A stretch of 32,001 nucleotides of DNA, taken from IMG/VR virus record IMGVR_UViG_3300043464_001836, positions 1 through 32,001 of that record; one strand, written 5' to 3'. Each line of letters starts with the position of its first letter. The first letter of the stretch is position 1. Position numbers and translations under genes: made by a program. This stretch comes from a virus. Taxonomy: Duplodnaviria > Heunggongvirae > Uroviricota > Caudoviricetes. Below the pieces are notes generated by a model. That model saw nothing but the letters and a program-made list of their open reading frames with translations. It was not told the origin of the DNA and searched no databases. Positions 1-9,262 of the stretch are shown here, piece by piece.

Positions 1-1
1 A

Positions 2-79
2 TCTGATTGCAAGTATAGATTTGGAGCAACAAGTGTACTCAACTATGGAGCCTTCCCAGGAGCCGGATTATTTAGCTAG
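2..79 (+). CDS. C-terminal fragment of a lambda gpL-like minor tail protein (5' end outside the window)
   Basis: Frame 2 translates as SDCKYRFGATSVLNYGAFPGAGLFS*, matching the C..RFG...L.(F/Y)G(G/A)FPG end of gpL-family proteins. It lies directly upstream of gpK-gpI-gpJ homologs. Not in the supplied ORF track. Confidence 0.8.
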   Translation, partial: SDCKYRFGATSVLNYGAFPGAGLFS

Positions 80-764
80 TTTTAAGAATCATGCACTCTC
101 TAGTCCGACTAGAGAGTGTTGTGGTTTAGTTGTGGAGGTACATGGAGTACTAGTTTACAAACCATGCACTAATATAGCTACTAAAGACTACGACTTTACT
201 ATTAGCCCTTTAGAGTATGCATATATAGAGAGTTTAGGTGATATTAAGTTTGTATGTCATAGCCACTTAGATAACTCTGCTAAGCCATCAGATGTTGATA
301 GAAAAGTATGCAACTATGGGACAGTTCCATGGTTAATATACTCAACTAAGTCTTCTGCTTTAGTAACTATGTATCCAGGAGAGGACGAAGTACCTATTAT
401 AGGTAGGCAGTATAAGTTTGGAGTACTAGATTGTTATGGTCTAGCGCAGGATGTTTATAAAGAACATCTTGGTATTACTATCGGTAGACCCCAAATTGAA
501 GAGACTGAGTGGTTTAAGCATAAAACCAACTTACTAGAAGAACACGCTTTAGAATACGGCTTTACTAGAGTTTCAACATTAAACGAGTTCGACTTAATAT
601 TATTTAAGGCAGGGGACTCAAAAATACCAAATCACGTAGGTGTGAAGACAGATGGTAATACTTTTATACACCATTTAGCCCACAGACTATCAACAAAAGA
701 AGTATACGGCGGATACTGGCAGAAGTGCACCGTAGGAATATATAGGCATAAGGACTTACTATGA
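21..764 (+). CDS. Tail tip assembly protein, lambda gpK-like (MPN/JAB domain + NlpC/P60 domain)
   Basis: MPN motif ECCG...HSH...PSDVD, then NlpC/P60 motifs DCYGL...HVGV...IHH. The track start is TTG at 21; ATG at 45 is an alternative. Confidence 0.9.
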   Translation: MEQQVYSTMEPSQEPDYLASFKNHALSSPTRECCGLVVEVHGVLVYKPCTNIATKDYDFTISPLEYAYIESLGDIKFVCHSHLDNSAKPSDVDRKVCNYGTVPWLIYSTKSSALVTMYPGEDEVPIIGRQYKFGVLDCYGLAQDVYKEHLGITIGRPQIEETEWFKHKTNLLEEHALEYGFTRVSTLNEFDLILFKAGDSKIPNHVGVKTDGNTFIHHLAHRLSTKEVYGGYWQKCTVGIYRHKDLL

Positions 765-1375
765 GAGAAGTAGAACTACACGGAGAATTGGCAAAAAGAT
801 TTGTTAGCAAAGCTAGCTTCGATGTTAGTTCTGTTGCTGAAGCTTTCAGAGCCCTTTCTGCTAATTTCAAAAATTTTAAGCAGTATATTATTAATTATAA
901 GCCTGGTTTTATGATTAAAGTAGGCGACTTATTTCTAACCCAAGAAGACCTAAGTACCCCAATAGGTAAAAAAGATACTATACATATTATCCCTTATGTA
1001 ACTGGTTCTGGTAAACTAGGTACTATTATAGTAGGTGCTGCACTAATGTGGATTACAGCCGGAGCCGCGGCAGCAGCTGTAGCCGGACAGACTACTATTG
1101 GTGCTGTAGCAGGTTTCTCTGGTATTGGTGTATCAGTAGGAGTAGCTTCAGCCATTAGTCAATTAGGCGTAGGACTAGTTTTAGCAGGAGTATCATCTCT
1201 GCTATTCGCTCCACCTAAACAACAAGTAAGTACTCCAGTAGAGAATACTCCTAATACTTACTTTAATGGCGCTGTAAATACCGTTACTCAGGGATTGGCA
1301 GTACCGATCGGATACGGAAAATTAATAGTAGGCTCAGCAGTTATAAGCGCAGGAATTACACTAGATAGTGACTAA
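761..1375 (+). CDS. Tail tip assembly protein, lambda gpI-like
   Basis: N-terminal V.LHG.L..RF...SVAEAFRAL, Gly/Ala-rich hydrophobic middle, C-terminal YFNGAVNT..QG..VPIGYGKLIVGSAVIS; position between K and J. Confidence 0.9.
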   Translation: MREVELHGELAKRFVSKASFDVSSVAEAFRALSANFKNFKQYIINYKPGFMIKVGDLFLTQEDLSTPIGKKDTIHIIPYVTGSGKLGTIIVGAALMWITAGAAAAAVAGQTTIGAVAGFSGIGVSVGVASAISQLGVGLVLAGVSSLLFAPPKQQVSTPVENTPNTYFNGAVNTVTQGLAVPIGYGKLIVGSAVISAGITLDSD

Positions 1376-1384
1376 GGATACCCA

Positions 1385-4300
1385 ATGAATAAAGAAGTGC
1401 TAATTACTGGTTCTAAAGGTGGAGAGCAGTCACACACTCCAGTTGAAACAGCTGATAACTTAAAATCTAGCGCATATGTAGAGTTTGTTGACCTAATCTG
1501 CGAGGGTGAGATTGAAGGTCTTGTTACTGGAGATGCTAAGTCCTTATACCTAAATGGTACTCCAGTACAAAACTCTGATGGTACATATAACTACCCAGAC
1601 TATACGTTTACTTTCTTAAAAGGTACACAGTATCAGGATCCTATACTTGGTTTTGATACTGTAGAGTCTGGAGTTTCTGGGCCTGGTGAGGTAAAGTACT
1701 CCCTCCCTAAGAGTGTTACTTTTAGTAATGCAAATGCAGACGCTGTACGCATAATTGTAGCTATACCAGCACTTGTAAGTTACGCTGATAATGGTGATAC
1801 TAATGGGTCAAGCTTAGTATATGAAGTACTACTAAGTGTTAATGGTGGTACGGCTACAAAGCTAATAGAAAAGACTGTAAGTGGTAAGACCACTTCTAGG
1901 TACCAATTAAGCCATAAGATTGATTTGAGCGCTTTTAGAACTAGTGAAAATGATAGCTTTACGCTAACTCTTAAGAAGACCTCAGTAGACTCTAGTAGCC
2001 TCAAAGTACAAAGTAGCTTATACTTTGACTCCTATACCCTTATATCTAACACGAAGCTACGGTACCCTAACTCAGTTATCTGTGCATCTAAGGTATCCTC
2101 TAGTCAGTTCTCAGCGGTACCTACACGTGGTTACTTCTTAAAGCTACTAAAAGTAAAGCTACCTACTGGGTATAACCCAGAGACTAGAAGCTACCCAACT
2201 ATTTGGGATGGAACACTAGATAACTACGCATGGACGGACAATCCTGTTTGGTGCTTCTATGACTTAATCACTAATGACCGCTACGGTCTAGGTGAGTATC
2301 TAGATGCTTCTCTAATAGATAAGTGGGCCTTATATAGTATCGCGCAATACTGTGATGAATTAGTTCCTGATGGTTTTGGTGGTACTGAACCTAGATTTAC
2401 CTTGAATGCGTACATACAGTCAAGAGAAGATGCTATTAAGTTAGTAACTGATTTAACCAGTACATTCAGAGCTATGGTATACTGGGGTGGTGGACTACTG
2501 ACAGCAGTTCAAGATTCTAGTACTAGTACTCCTCTAATGCAATTTACTAATAGTAATGTAGTTGGGGGTACTTTTAACTACTCTGGAGCTTCAAAGAAAG
2601 TAGTACATACTGCTGCACTTGTAACTTGGAATGACCCATCAGATCAGTATAAGCAGAAGGTAGAGTACGTTGAAGATAGAGAGTCAATTGCTAGATACGG
2701 TTATAATCCTACAGATGTAGTAGCTTTCGGGTGTACCTCTAGAGCACAAGCACATAGAGTAGGAAAGTGGCTACTATATACCGAAAGAGTAGAGTCCAGT
2801 GTTGTAGTATTCAGTGCAGGCCTAGAAGCCTCCTACCTTACCCCAGGCTCTATAGTTAAGGTATTCGATGAATCAAGAGCAGGTGTAGAGTTTGGTGGTA
2901 GAATACTTTCTAGTGCTATTAGTACACTTAACGTAACAGCTGTACTTGACAGACCTGTAGCCTTAACGTCGGGAACTCAGTACTATATTCGTGGTACAGT
3001 AATTTCTGATGGCACATTAAGCACTATAACTCAAGCTATCCCTACTAGTCAAAACGGACCTTCAGTATCTACTTTAGTACTCGATAAGAATAGTAATACT
3101 ATACTATTAGCACCAAATATGTCTTGGACTATTTATAGCGAAGGTACTATAGATGAAGAGCTTTATAGAGTCTTAAGTATTAGTGAGTCTGATAGTGTAG
3201 GTATTTATGAAATATCTGCAATCTACCATGACCCAAATAAGTTTGACTATATTGAGAATAACGTAGAATTAGAAGATAGAGTCTTCTCAACTATTAGTAC
3301 TATACCTGGAGCAGTAGATTATACAAAAGTAACTAGTTCTAGTGGCACATTTACTGACTCTACCGGTTCAGTAAGAACTAACTTAAATGTTGGTTTTGAA
3401 AGGGTAGAGTACGCCGCTAGTTATACAGTGGAACTTAAAGAAAGTTCAGGTAACTGGGTAATTGTAGCAGATAAAACTACAAGTACTAATATTACTTTAC
3501 AAGATATAGTACCTGATTCTAGCTACTCAGTTAGAATTACACCCTTCAATATTTTAGGAGAACCAGGTCCTGCGGTAACTAAGGAAACTATTGCTGTAAA
3601 TAGTACCTCTTCTGAAGTATATGCTTATCAGGTTCAAAACTTTTCCGCTACTTTACGTGCAACTGATATACTACTATCGTGGGATAGCTTTACTTCCGTA
3701 GGGTTTACTACAACTTATACTATTAAGCTAGGTAGTTCCTTTGATACTGCTACCGAAATAGTATCTGGATTAACCACTAACTCTTTTACTGTTAATCCTA
3801 ATACTCTAGGTGAGTATAAGTTCTGGATTGTTTATACCTTTAATATACTAGGTGATACATCCGCACCTATTAGTACTACTATCAACCTAGAGAAGCCTTT
3901 ACCACCTATTGATTTAAATACTGATGGTAAGGCATATTCTATCAGACTATCCTGGGATTATCAACAACAAAAAGTAGACCTAGATACAGTACAGGTATGG
4001 AGTTCTAGTACTCCAGATAGAGCTAACTCAGTATTACTTGTAGAGCTACCTTTTGGTACTCGTGTATACACTGTAACTGACCTAGATGCCGCTGAAGTAG
4101 TATACTTCTGGCTAAAAGTAGTTGATACAAGAGGAAATAGTTCCGACTTTTACCCGCTAAGTGCTACTAATGGAATTAGAGGTCAAGCTAACCTAGAGGT
4201 TTCTACATTACTAGGTATACTAGCAGATTCCATTACCTCTAGTGAACTAGCAGGCTCATTAAGCTCCAGAATAGATTTAATTGACGCTAGTAGTAGTGTA

Positions 4301-7300
4301 GAAGGCTCAGTAGACTATAAAGTTCTTCAGGAAGCTAATAGAGCTAACGCAGTAAACTTATCAACAACTAGACTTCAGCTAGACTCGGATAAATCCCTAG
4401 CTGAGAGCATACTACTAAACACCTTAAATGAGGATGCTAATAGAGAGCTACTACAAGGTACTATAGCTAGAGCAAGCTCTACACTAAAAGAATTCACTAT
4501 TGAAGGTATTAGTGCAGAAGCTACCGCTAGACAAGCCCTAGAAACTAGCTTAGTAAATAGTATAAGTGCTGTTGCCGCAGATATAGAAACTGAAGAAACT
4601 GCTAGAGTTAATGCAGTAAGTGCTGAAGCTACTGCTAGGCAAACATTAGCTACTCAGTTTAGGGGTTCGTATGAAGGTAATGATGCAAGTCAACTAACTT
4701 CTGGGTTACTATACCAAGAGTCGGTAACTCGCTCGAACGCAGATAACTCTCTTTCTCAACAGATAACACTGCTATCCGCCGGAGCAGGTGAGCAATTTGA
4801 CTGGCAATCTATATGGTATTTTGATAGCTCCATAGAAGATTGGACAGGTAATGGTACCCCTACTATAGAGGTAAGTGGGTGGTTACGACCAGCCAATCAA
4901 ACCTCTAATGCATACGTAATATCTCCTACTATAAATGTTAATGCTGCTAAATATGGACAAGTAAAATTACGAGTACGCGCAGTTGGTACTCCAACCTTCG
5001 CCGGATATCTATGGTGGAATACCTCTACAGAAACTACTTGGGATACTTCTAGAAGAATAGCCTTAGACGAGCCAGTATTAGATAGTAACGGAATTGGTCT
5101 AATTCCTACGACTATAAACTGGTTTGGTACTGTAACACAGATAAAAATAAGTTTATCTGATGCCCAAACGAGTTCCAATTACTATGAGTTAGACTGGGTA
5201 GCTATTGGTCGTCCCTCCCCAGGCGCATCTAGTGCACAACTACTAGAACTTGAAAGAGTAACAGTAGATACTAGTAATGCAACTTCTTTAGCTTCTAAGT
5301 TAAGTACCTTAGACGCCACTATCAATAATAGTGTTACTGGTTTAGTTGATACTGTTGCTAATATCAAGGATACATATACGGTTATAGCAGATATAGAAGA
5401 ATCCTCCGCGTCCGCACAGAGAACTTTACTATCTTCTATTGGTAACCCGGTAAGAGTTATTTACTCAAGTACCCAACCTACTCCTCAAACTGTAGTAACT
5501 ACTTTAGAGGACGGTAGTACTTTTAGCTCTAGTACTATTAATACTGGTGATATCTGGTTTGATACTTCTAATGCTAATACATCTTATATTTTTGATTGGC
5601 CTTATTGGGTATTAGCAACTAGTATAAATACTGCAAATAATACTGCATTTATTGATTCGTTAGAGGAAACCTTAACGAACCCAACAACAGCTACTACAAC
5701 TCTATGGAAAACCGCAGTATCTGAAGTAGTTGATTTAAATACAGGACAATCAAAGCTAACCGCTAGTTTTTCAGAGATCGATAATACTATTGCTGATGAA
5801 ACTAGAGCTCGTGTTAGTAGCATTAGAACCCTAGAAGCTTCTAGCAATAGTACTGATGAGATACTATTAAATAATATACTAAACCTTGAAGATGCTAGAA
5901 AAGCTCAAACTGCAGCAGTAGCCTTCGCTGTACAAGAGCTAAACACTAGAACTGAAGAAGGTTTACTAGCAGAGGCTACTAGTAGAGAACTATTATCAAC
6001 TACGGTTACTGGAGAGCTAGCCTCCCTAAGTGGTAACATTGAAAGTGTTAGTGAGGCCTTGACAACTTTAGAAGATAGTTCTGTACTTAGACTTAGTACT
6101 ATTGAAGCCAGATTTATAGGTTTTGGAACTACTGATACAGTAGCTTCTAAAATCTCCGATTATGCATACTCTAAAGTAGATGCGGATACTGCAATAGCTA
6201 CAAGTACTAATGCGCTAGAAACAACTATCAATGGTCAGCTAGGTGTTATCAATAGTGGCCTATTAACTAAAGAAACGGCTAAGATAGGGTACTGTACTGG
6301 TGACAGTAGTATACTAGATAAAGTATCTTGCGAAGCTGCTGGAAGAGTATGGGTTGCACAGCCTTTAGCAACTGCAGTAAAGCAGCTAAGTATAACAGCA
6401 GCGAATGGACAAACAGCGTCTATTCAACAGCAGTTTGAAACTATCTACGGAGCTAGCGGACTTAATAGCCAGTATAGTGTAAAACTAGACAGTAATGGTT
6501 ATGTAAGTGGATTTGGTCTATATAACTCTGGCAGCAGTTCAGAGTTTATAGTAGCTACGGATAAGTTTGCTGTAATACCTCCTACAGTTGTTGGTACCGA
6601 GCCAGTAATTAAGTATCATGGACAGTACTGGAAGTCTGGTAGCATATTTAAGCGTTGGAATGCTAACTTAACTACTCCTGCATGGGAAGTTGTAGACTAC
6701 AAGTTACCTTTCGCGGTACTTACTACGCAGGAAACCATCAATGGGGAGCTCTTTGAACCTGGTGTATATATTGATGGTGCTAGCATTGCTAAGTCAAGTA
6801 TCGGCAATGAGCAGGTAGATAACCTAGATGCTACTAAAATAGCTACTGGGTACTTAAGTGCTGATAGAATAGAGGCGGAATCTATTACAGTAGCTAAGAT
6901 CGATACTAAGCTGCTGACTATTAAGGACGCTAATGGGACTGTTATTTTTGGAGTTAATGCTACAGTTCCAGCTACTAACTTACCAGATGAAAGTCTAAAT
7001 AGCAACGTAAGTCTAAATTCACTAGGCTACCTAGGTGCACTAGATGCTACGAATGGTAGTAGCTTAGTAGTTTCTGATTTCTCGTCTGGTATGACTAATT
7101 GGACTACTGATAGAGATGGTAGCCCTAGCACAGTTGCTACTATTGAGGGAACTAAAGTAACAGATGATGCACTATTTGGAGTATGTGGGGAATTTAATTG
7201 GCTAAATACTTCTGGTGAGGATATTCTATCAAAACAGTTAGTAACTATTGTACCTAGTAGAGTATATAAAATTACTGCTACTTTTAAAGTAGTAAGCTTT

Positions 7301-9247
7301 TCATCTGCTAGTAGTGCTCCATTTGATATAATTATTGCTAGTAATGCGTCTGACTATACAATTATAGGTGCAGATGATGGACCTAACGTTACTGCTACTG
7401 CTATAGATACGGTATACTCTGCCAGTGCAACTATATGCACGGACTCTACTTCAGGAGCTGATAAGACCTTTCTACCAACTGCTAGGTACTTTAGAGCTGG
7501 ATTAAGACTTGCTAGTAGCATAAGTGGTTCTATGGTAGTAAGGATTAAGTCTATACTAATTGAGGATGTAACAGACTCTTTTAGTGCCCAAAAGGCTTTA
7601 AGTAGTATTGCTAGTGATGCTGTACTATCTAAGTATGAAAAGCCAGATGTACTTAACGAGTGGAATGTTCTCACAGCCGAGCATGCACGTATTAATATAC
7701 AGTCCGGAGCTTTTAGCTTAGTTGCTGAGAGTACAACATTTAATAGTATTCTGGAGTTACTGGGAAAATACTTAAACGGCGGAGTTGACTGGGACTATAG
7801 CGTATTCTTCCCTACTCTACCTAGCTGGTTACAAGATTTATCTACCGATCAACCAATAGTAGGTAGTGACTTTAGAAGTGCTTTTACTAACTACTACACA
7901 GCTAGGCAAAATATGCTGAATGCTATAGCAGCAAAAGCAGCAACTATGGCTACTTGGAGTGGAATACCTACAGGATCAGGTAAACCCGCTGATAATGCTA
8001 CTAGAAATAAGGTCTTTAGACAGGCTACTGCTCCTACTGCTGATATGGCAGCAGGTGACTTCTGGATAAAAAATACTAGTCCATATAGTATTAGTGAATA
8101 TAATGGTACTGCATGGGTACAGACAGGTGACTTAACTAGTCAGAATACCGCTGCAAGTATAGCTGACCAAGGAGCATTTGCTACACTAAGCCAAATTACT
8201 AAGGCTAATGCAAGTACTTATATAGCTAGTACAGCTATCGGTAGTGCCTTTATTGAAGACGCAGCTATTACAAATGCTAAAATTGGTAGTTTTATACAGT
8301 CAGATAATTACGTAGCTGGTACGTCTGGGTGGAGTATTAATAAAACTGGTGATACAGAATTTAGAGGCCCTTCAGGGCACCTAAAAATCGCGAGTACAGG
8401 CTCTAGTATTGAATTTAAGAAGGCTTCAGGTGCTACCAGCTTTAAGGTTGATACTTCTGGAAACGCAACATTTTCAGGAGATATTACAGGATCTACTGGA
8501 ACCTTCTCTGGAAAGTTAGCAGCTGGCGTACTAGATGCTAGTGCTTTCGCAGGTCTAAGCTACACATACAACTCTAACCAATCTTTCACTATTCCAACTA
8601 AACCTAGTGACTGGTCTACTATGCATATGAGAGTTACTCTTATAGGTGGTGGTGGTGGTGGTGGTGGTGGTGGTTCTTGGACATTTGGAGGGGGCGGAGG
8701 TGGTGGAGGCGGAGGTGCCGGATACTCTAGCACTACAGTATACCAAACTATTAACACAGGAAGTGTATACTCTATAGTTGTAGGTGCACCCGGTGGTGGT
8801 GGTTCAGGTGTCACAGCACCGGAACCCTACAGCGGGGGGGGTAATGGACGCCTAGGGTACCCAGGTACTAGCGGAGGATCTACTATACTATATAATCCAG
8901 CAGGTCAGGTAAGCTTATCAGCGAGCGGCGGCGGCGGCGGCGGTGGTGGAGATATGATTCTAGGAGGTGTATTAGGTACCGGTAGTATAAACGGGCAACC
9001 AGGAAATAACGCAAGTGCAGCTGGTGGTTCCAACTTAGGAGGAGCCGGTGGTGGCTCAGGGTACGGAGCAGGGGGTAGAGGTGGAAATGGTGGTAAGCCT
9101 TCAGACTCAGGATCTTCAGGTACTTGGGGTGTAGCTATCATTGAGTTTTTTGACCCTAATTTCGTAGTAACTAATACTAGGTACCAAAATTTAATATCCT
9201 GGCTTAATAGTAGGGGTATAGGTACTGTACCTACAAATGCTATATAA
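1385..9247 (+). CDS. Central tail fibre / host-specificity protein, lambda gpJ-like, greatly extended (2620 aa)
   Basis: J-core motifs (DLICEGEIEGLV, LRYPNS, WTDNPVWCFYDLITNDRYGLG, EPRFTLN, GCTSRAQAHRVGKW), FN3-like repeats, AEATAR coiled coils, a DUF1983-like segment (YSVKLDSNGYVSGFGL) and a Gly-rich C-terminal domain. Confidence 0.92.
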   Translation: MNKEVLITGSKGGEQSHTPVETADNLKSSAYVEFVDLICEGEIEGLVTGDAKSLYLNGTPVQNSDGTYNYPDYTFTFLKGTQYQDPILGFDTVESGVSGPGEVKYSLPKSVTFSNANADAVRIIVAIPALVSYADNGDTNGSSLVYEVLLSVNGGTATKLIEKTVSGKTTSRYQLSHKIDLSAFRTSENDSFTLTLKKTSVDSSSLKVQSSLYFDSYTLISNTKLRYPNSVICASKVSSSQFSAVPTRGYFLKLLKVKLPTGYNPETRSYPTIWDGTLDNYAWTDNPVWCFYDLITNDRYGLGEYLDASLIDKWALYSIAQYCDELVPDGFGGTEPRFTLNAYIQSREDAIKLVTDLTSTFRAMVYWGGGLLTAVQDSSTSTPLMQFTNSNVVGGTFNYSGASKKVVHTAALVTWNDPSDQYKQKVEYVEDRESIARYGYNPTDVVAFGCTSRAQAHRVGKWLLYTERVESSVVVFSAGLEASYLTPGSIVKVFDESRAGVEFGGRILSSAISTLNVTAVLDRPVALTSGTQYYIRGTVISDGTLSTITQAIPTSQNGPSVSTLVLDKNSNTILLAPNMSWTIYSEGTIDEELYRVLSISESDSVGIYEISAIYHDPNKFDYIENNVELEDRVFSTISTIPGAVDYTKVTSSSGTFTDSTGSVRTNLNVGFERVEYAASYTVELKESSGNWVIVADKTTSTNITLQDIVPDSSYSVRITPFNILGEPGPAVTKETIAVNSTSSEVYAYQVQNFSATLRATDILLSWDSFTSVGFTTTYTIKLGSSFDTATEIVSGLTTNSFTVNPNTLGEYKFWIVYTFNILGDTSAPISTTINLEKPLPPIDLNTDGKAYSIRLSWDYQQQKVDLDTVQVWSSSTPDRANSVLLVELPFGTRVYTVTDLDAAEVVYFWLKVVDTRGNSSDFYPLSATNGIRGQANLEVSTLLGILADSITSSELAGSLSSRIDLIDASSSVEGSVDYKVLQEANRANAVNLSTTRLQLDSDKSLAESILLNTLNEDANRELLQGTIARASSTLKEFTIEGISAEATARQALETSLVNSISAVAADIETEETARVNAVSAEATARQTLATQFRGSYEGNDASQLTSGLLYQESVTRSNADNSLSQQITLLSAGAGEQFDWQSIWYFDSSIEDWTGNGTPTIEVSGWLRPANQTSNAYVISPTINVNAAKYGQVKLRVRAVGTPTFAGYLWWNTSTETTWDTSRRIALDEPVLDSNGIGLIPTTINWFGTVTQIKISLSDAQTSSNYYELDWVAIGRPSPGASSAQLLELERVTVDTSNATSLASKLSTLDATINNSVTGLVDTVANIKDTYTVIADIEESSASAQRTLLSSIGNPVRVIYSSTQPTPQTVVTTLEDGSTFSSSTINTGDIWFDTSNANTSYIFDWPYWVLATSINTANNTAFIDSLEETLTNPTTATTTLWKTAVSEVVDLNTGQSKLTASFSEIDNTIADETRARVSSIRTLEASSNSTDEILLNNILNLEDARKAQTAAVAFAVQELNTRTEEGLLAEATSRELLSTTVTGELASLSGNIESVSEALTTLEDSSVLRLSTIEARFIGFGTTDTVASKISDYAYSKVDADTAIATSTNALETTINGQLGVINSGLLTKETAKIGYCTGDSSILDKVSCEAAGRVWVAQPLATAVKQLSITAANGQTASIQQQFETIYGASGLNSQYSVKLDSNGYVSGFGLYNSGSSSEFIVATDKFAVIPPTVVGTEPVIKYHGQYWKSGSIFKRWNANLTTPAWEVVDYKLPFAVLTTQETINGELFEPGVYIDGASIAKSSIGNEQVDNLDATKIATGYLSADRIEAESITVAKIDTKLLTIKDANGTVIFGVNATVPATNLPDESLNSNVSLNSLGYLGALDATNGSSLVVSDFSSGMTNWTTDRDGSPSTVATIEGTKVTDDALFGVCGEFNWLNTSGEDILSKQLVTIVPSRVYKITATFKVVSFSSASSAPFDIIIASNASDYTIIGADDGPNVTATAIDTVYSASATICTDSTSGADKTFLPTARYFRAGLRLASSISGSMVVRIKSILIEDVTDSFSAQKALSSIASDAVLSKYEKPDVLNEWNVLTAEHARINIQSGAFSLVAESTTFNSILELLGKYLNGGVDWDYSVFFPTLPSWLQDLSTDQPIVGSDFRSAFTNYYTARQNMLNAIAAKAATMATWSGIPTGSGKPADNATRNKVFRQATAPTADMAAGDFWIKNTSPYSISEYNGTAWVQTGDLTSQNTAASIADQGAFATLSQITKANASTYIASTAIGSAFIEDAAITNAKIGSFIQSDNYVAGTSGWSINKTGDTEFRGPSGHLKIASTGSSIEFKKASGATSFKVDTSGNATFSGDITGSTGTFSGKLAAGVLDASAFAGLSYTYNSNQSFTIPTKPSDWSTMHMRVTLIGGGGGGGGGGSWTFGGGGGGGGGGAGYSSTTVYQTINTGSVYSIVVGAPGGGGSGVTAPEPYSGGGNGRLGYPGTSGGSTILYNPAGQVSLSASGGGGGGGGDMILGGVLGTGSINGQPGNNASAAGGSNLGGAGGGSGYGAGGRGGNGGKPSDSGSSGTWGVAIIEFFDPNFVVTNTRYQNLISWLNSRGIGTVPTNAI
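8645..8674 (+). repeat. Perfect (GGT)10 microsatellite encoding Gly10 in the J-like protein
   Basis: Read directly. The next Gly10 run uses mixed codons; (GGC)5 at 8927-8941 and G8 at 8834-8841 are nearby. Confidence 0.95.
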
Positions 9248-9262
9248 AGGAGTAACAAAAAT

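Noticed and set aside
8555-9258. Minus-strand poly-Pro and poly-Thr ORFs (8555..8746, 8560..8814, 8905..9258)
   Set aside because: They are antisense shadows of the Gly codon runs in J.
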